Assembly (NCBI GenBank): GCA_002189035.1
Contig: NEEC01000011.1
Span: 868,001-932,000 of the forward strand
Reading direction: 5' to 3'
Source: Utricularia gibba
Taxonomy: Eukaryota; Plantae; Magnoliophyta
Length of the DNA stretch: 64,000 nt
Under the pieces are notes generated by a model. It did not search any database, was not told the DNA's origin, and saw nothing but the letters and a program-made list of their open reading frames with translations. The translations under genes were made by a program, and so were the position numbers. Every line of letters starts with the position of its first letter. Position 1 is the first letter of the stretch. This document shows positions 61,365 through 64,000 of this stretch, one piece after another.

Positions 61365-63116
61365 AGATAGGAAGATACTCAGTATTGAAATCTTGGATAA
61401 TACTTAAGTGACAAAGCATGATGGTAGGAAACAACTAGAAACTCTATCTATTGCTTTCCCACAACCTCGTTTTTACAAAGGCGCTAATTGTATTGTGGAT
61501 GAAGTTCTAATCAAAATTTGAATATCAGGAGAATCAATAGTAATATACTATTCTAAGTCACAGGAATTTAGTTGTTACTTTAATTTTTATATGAAAAAAC
61601 ATTGATTTTATACTTTCTTTCTCTGTTTAAATTTCATATGTAGAATTTGTACCGAATCCAAGTTCATAGAGTTCTATCTTCAGCCATATAAGTTTTATGA
61701 AATTTTTAACTGAAAGATAGAGGGTAGGATAAAGATTTTGGGAGCATTTTTAATACATTACTTATTTATTCTTATTTAGTATTATTCCAATTGCACAAGT
61801 AGTAAGAGGTACCATTTTAATAATAAAAAGTAAAGAAATTGTATAATTTGACTGTCTTGAATTGGCTCAGTTGTTGGACAGGTAAGTCAAAGTATTAGTC
61901 CCACACGAAGTTTGCGAATAAGTATTCTCCTTCCGGGGTTTATCCCATTTGCTTACTCATTTAATTCCTCTAGTTCAAAAGCCATTTTGAGTTGATCTTC
62001 AAGCAATAACACGAACGGCCAACACCCGCTAGGAAAACTCGGGTGAATGGTATAACTTTACTAAGTGATCACTTTCCATTGTGTAAACAAAAGATGGCAC
62101 TAGAACTAAAACTCTTTTGGGCCACCTTATTATATTACCTAACACTGTTTTCCTGCTTTGTTACATTACTTAAGTTCCACATGCTTCGTTCTACCATGTT
62201 GGAAGTGTCTTTGTCCTTTTCACTTCTTATTACTCTTTTAGTTCACCTTAGTTTACCCAATTCTATTTTCAATTTATGTAGATGCAATTTCAATCTTTTT
62301 TCCTTTTTTCTTTTCAGACATTCCCTTCATTCTCTGGAGTTGAGGGGAGGCTCTGGGCAGTCGATGTGATACAACCTATCTGAGATTCACCTCTCTTACT
62401 TTCAATATTGAATGAAAAAGAGCATTTTTGGAAAGGTGTTCAATTTCATCTATATCGAGTAACAGCCGGTGCATTGGATTTTAGTAAAATTTTATGTGAA
62501 TTTTATTGTATCTTCCAATCATTTTTATTTGACTCGGACCCCTTCTGAAAAAATATAGGTCGATTCTTTAGCTCACCCTTTCTTGGAATAAACAAAAATG
62601 ATAAAAGGACAAGGTTTCCGTTTGCAACACTGGCAAAGGGCTGTGATATTTCATGAATGATTCAGAATATTGCAAAAGTAGGTTTATAATGAGAAGGGGA
62701 TTTCTAGAGCAGCTTCTAACAAGGCACATTAAGCCTATAAATAGAAGCTTCTTTCATATTTGAGAATTTATATTAAAAAAATCAAGTTTTAGTTGATTCC
62801 TAATATAAGCATCAATTTTGATTCTTTCTTTTTTCTCTTGATTCTTTTCTAAATAGATCCTGTTCATGGATTAAAGCTCTGAGATTCAATCATAAACGAT
62901 ATAGTACAGAAAGAGTTTTTTTTTCATCAAAAGTGAAATTCCCTACGTAAGTGTTAAGATGAGCAGTTATTTTAGTGAGAAATTTGTTTCATACACTTGG
63001 GATACATTTGTTTCATACACTTGGGATAGTGAGAAGAGATATATTTTAGTAGAGAAAAAAGTATATCCAACAAAAACACACTTCCACGGCGATGGTCATC
63101 AATCCAGCATGGGGAG

Positions 63117-64000
63117 TGATAACACATATTTTTAAGTGGCTCAATGCATGGAATTTATTCATTTTATGCTACAAAAATTAAGCTTAATTGCCGGTTTCTA
63201 TATTTCTTGCACATAAGTACCGTAGGAGTGCACTTTTAGTCTTAGTTGGGACTAAATCGCAGATTTAGTCCCAACCTTCTAACAGTTCCTTTCGAGCAAT
63301 GCAGCATGGGTCGCAACACAAATCCCAAGGAGCCGAGTATGAACAGTGTGGTGGCAGTAAAGGTGACAGAAGTCTGAAGAAGAGTACACGCAAAGCCCAA
63401 GGAGGGGAGAAAGGAAGATTTTGGAGAAAAAGGGAGGAAAGGTGGGGAGAGAAACAGATCTCCCCTTGGAGACTCACGAACACAATTTCTGGGAAGGTTT
63501 TCATGGGAGGAAGAAGAAGGAAGACAAACAGGAACGAAGCTGAAGTTCAAGATTATTTTCTGTCTTCGAAGAACATTACTCCTAGCTAAGAGTAGCTAGT
63601 GACGTTTTTCAGTTTTTGTTGACACTTCACATTACTTGCTTGTTTGCTTTCTGGTATTTGACTGTGAAATGAGCACACTGTGGGTGATGTTTTCTTTTCC
63701 ACTTTCATTTACCTTAAGCATGAGTGGCTAAGTACTTAGAGGGGTGCCTTAGGGTAAAAAGGGGAGAAACATGTTAATCAACCTTTAGATCTAAACAGCC
63801 ATGAGTCACGCCACTTCCTTAACAAACCAAGATAGATCCAGGAGGGGGAAGTAGTGAAACCCAACTTAACAACCCTAATTAGAGGTAGAACAAAGATTAG
63901 GGGGAAAAACAAGAATCCGGGTAGACCTAGATCTTGTGAGTTAGTTGTATGATTTGTGGTTTGTGTGAGTTTGTTTAGTGATGAGCATACATCCCCTAGG
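63117..64000 (+). repeat. Athila-type LTR, near-identical to 23008-24179, running off the window end
   Basis: Colinear from TGATAACACATATTTTT with only scattered substitutions and small indels. Confidence 0.95.

Noticed and set aside
62982-63028. 23-bp tandem duplication
   Set aside because: An ordinary local slippage or repair duplication with no further structure.

Overview
Plant (probably eudicot) nuclear, heterochromatic and likely pericentromeric DNA. I can support no intact host gene. From left to right it contains: (1) an internally deleted Tat/Retand-type Ty3/gypsy element with a decayed antisense ORF (1-7136); (2) a hAT MITE; (3) a decayed Athila fused by deletion to a PIF/Harbinger element (about 15570-20304); (4) solo LTRs and Tekay/chromovirus debris; (5) an old plastid insertion, colinear with the plastome from rpl20 to trnV (about 28.3-51.9 kb) and broken up by MITEs, a PIF remnant, a second Athila (large env-like ORF), an Ogre-like LTR and a copia fragment; (6) a CRM solo LTR, a MULE remnant, a patchwork of very short organelle fragments and another Athila LTR. 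The most unusual feature is cargo inside the Harbinger, between its transposase and Myb/SANT genes. It is a spliced third gene in which a Tat-retrotransposon antisense-ORF domain (Transposase_28/TRP28-like) lies upstream of an FCP1/NIF-type HAD phosphatase-like domain. All family and gene assignments come from recalled motifs, not database searches, and fuzzy boundaries are approximate.
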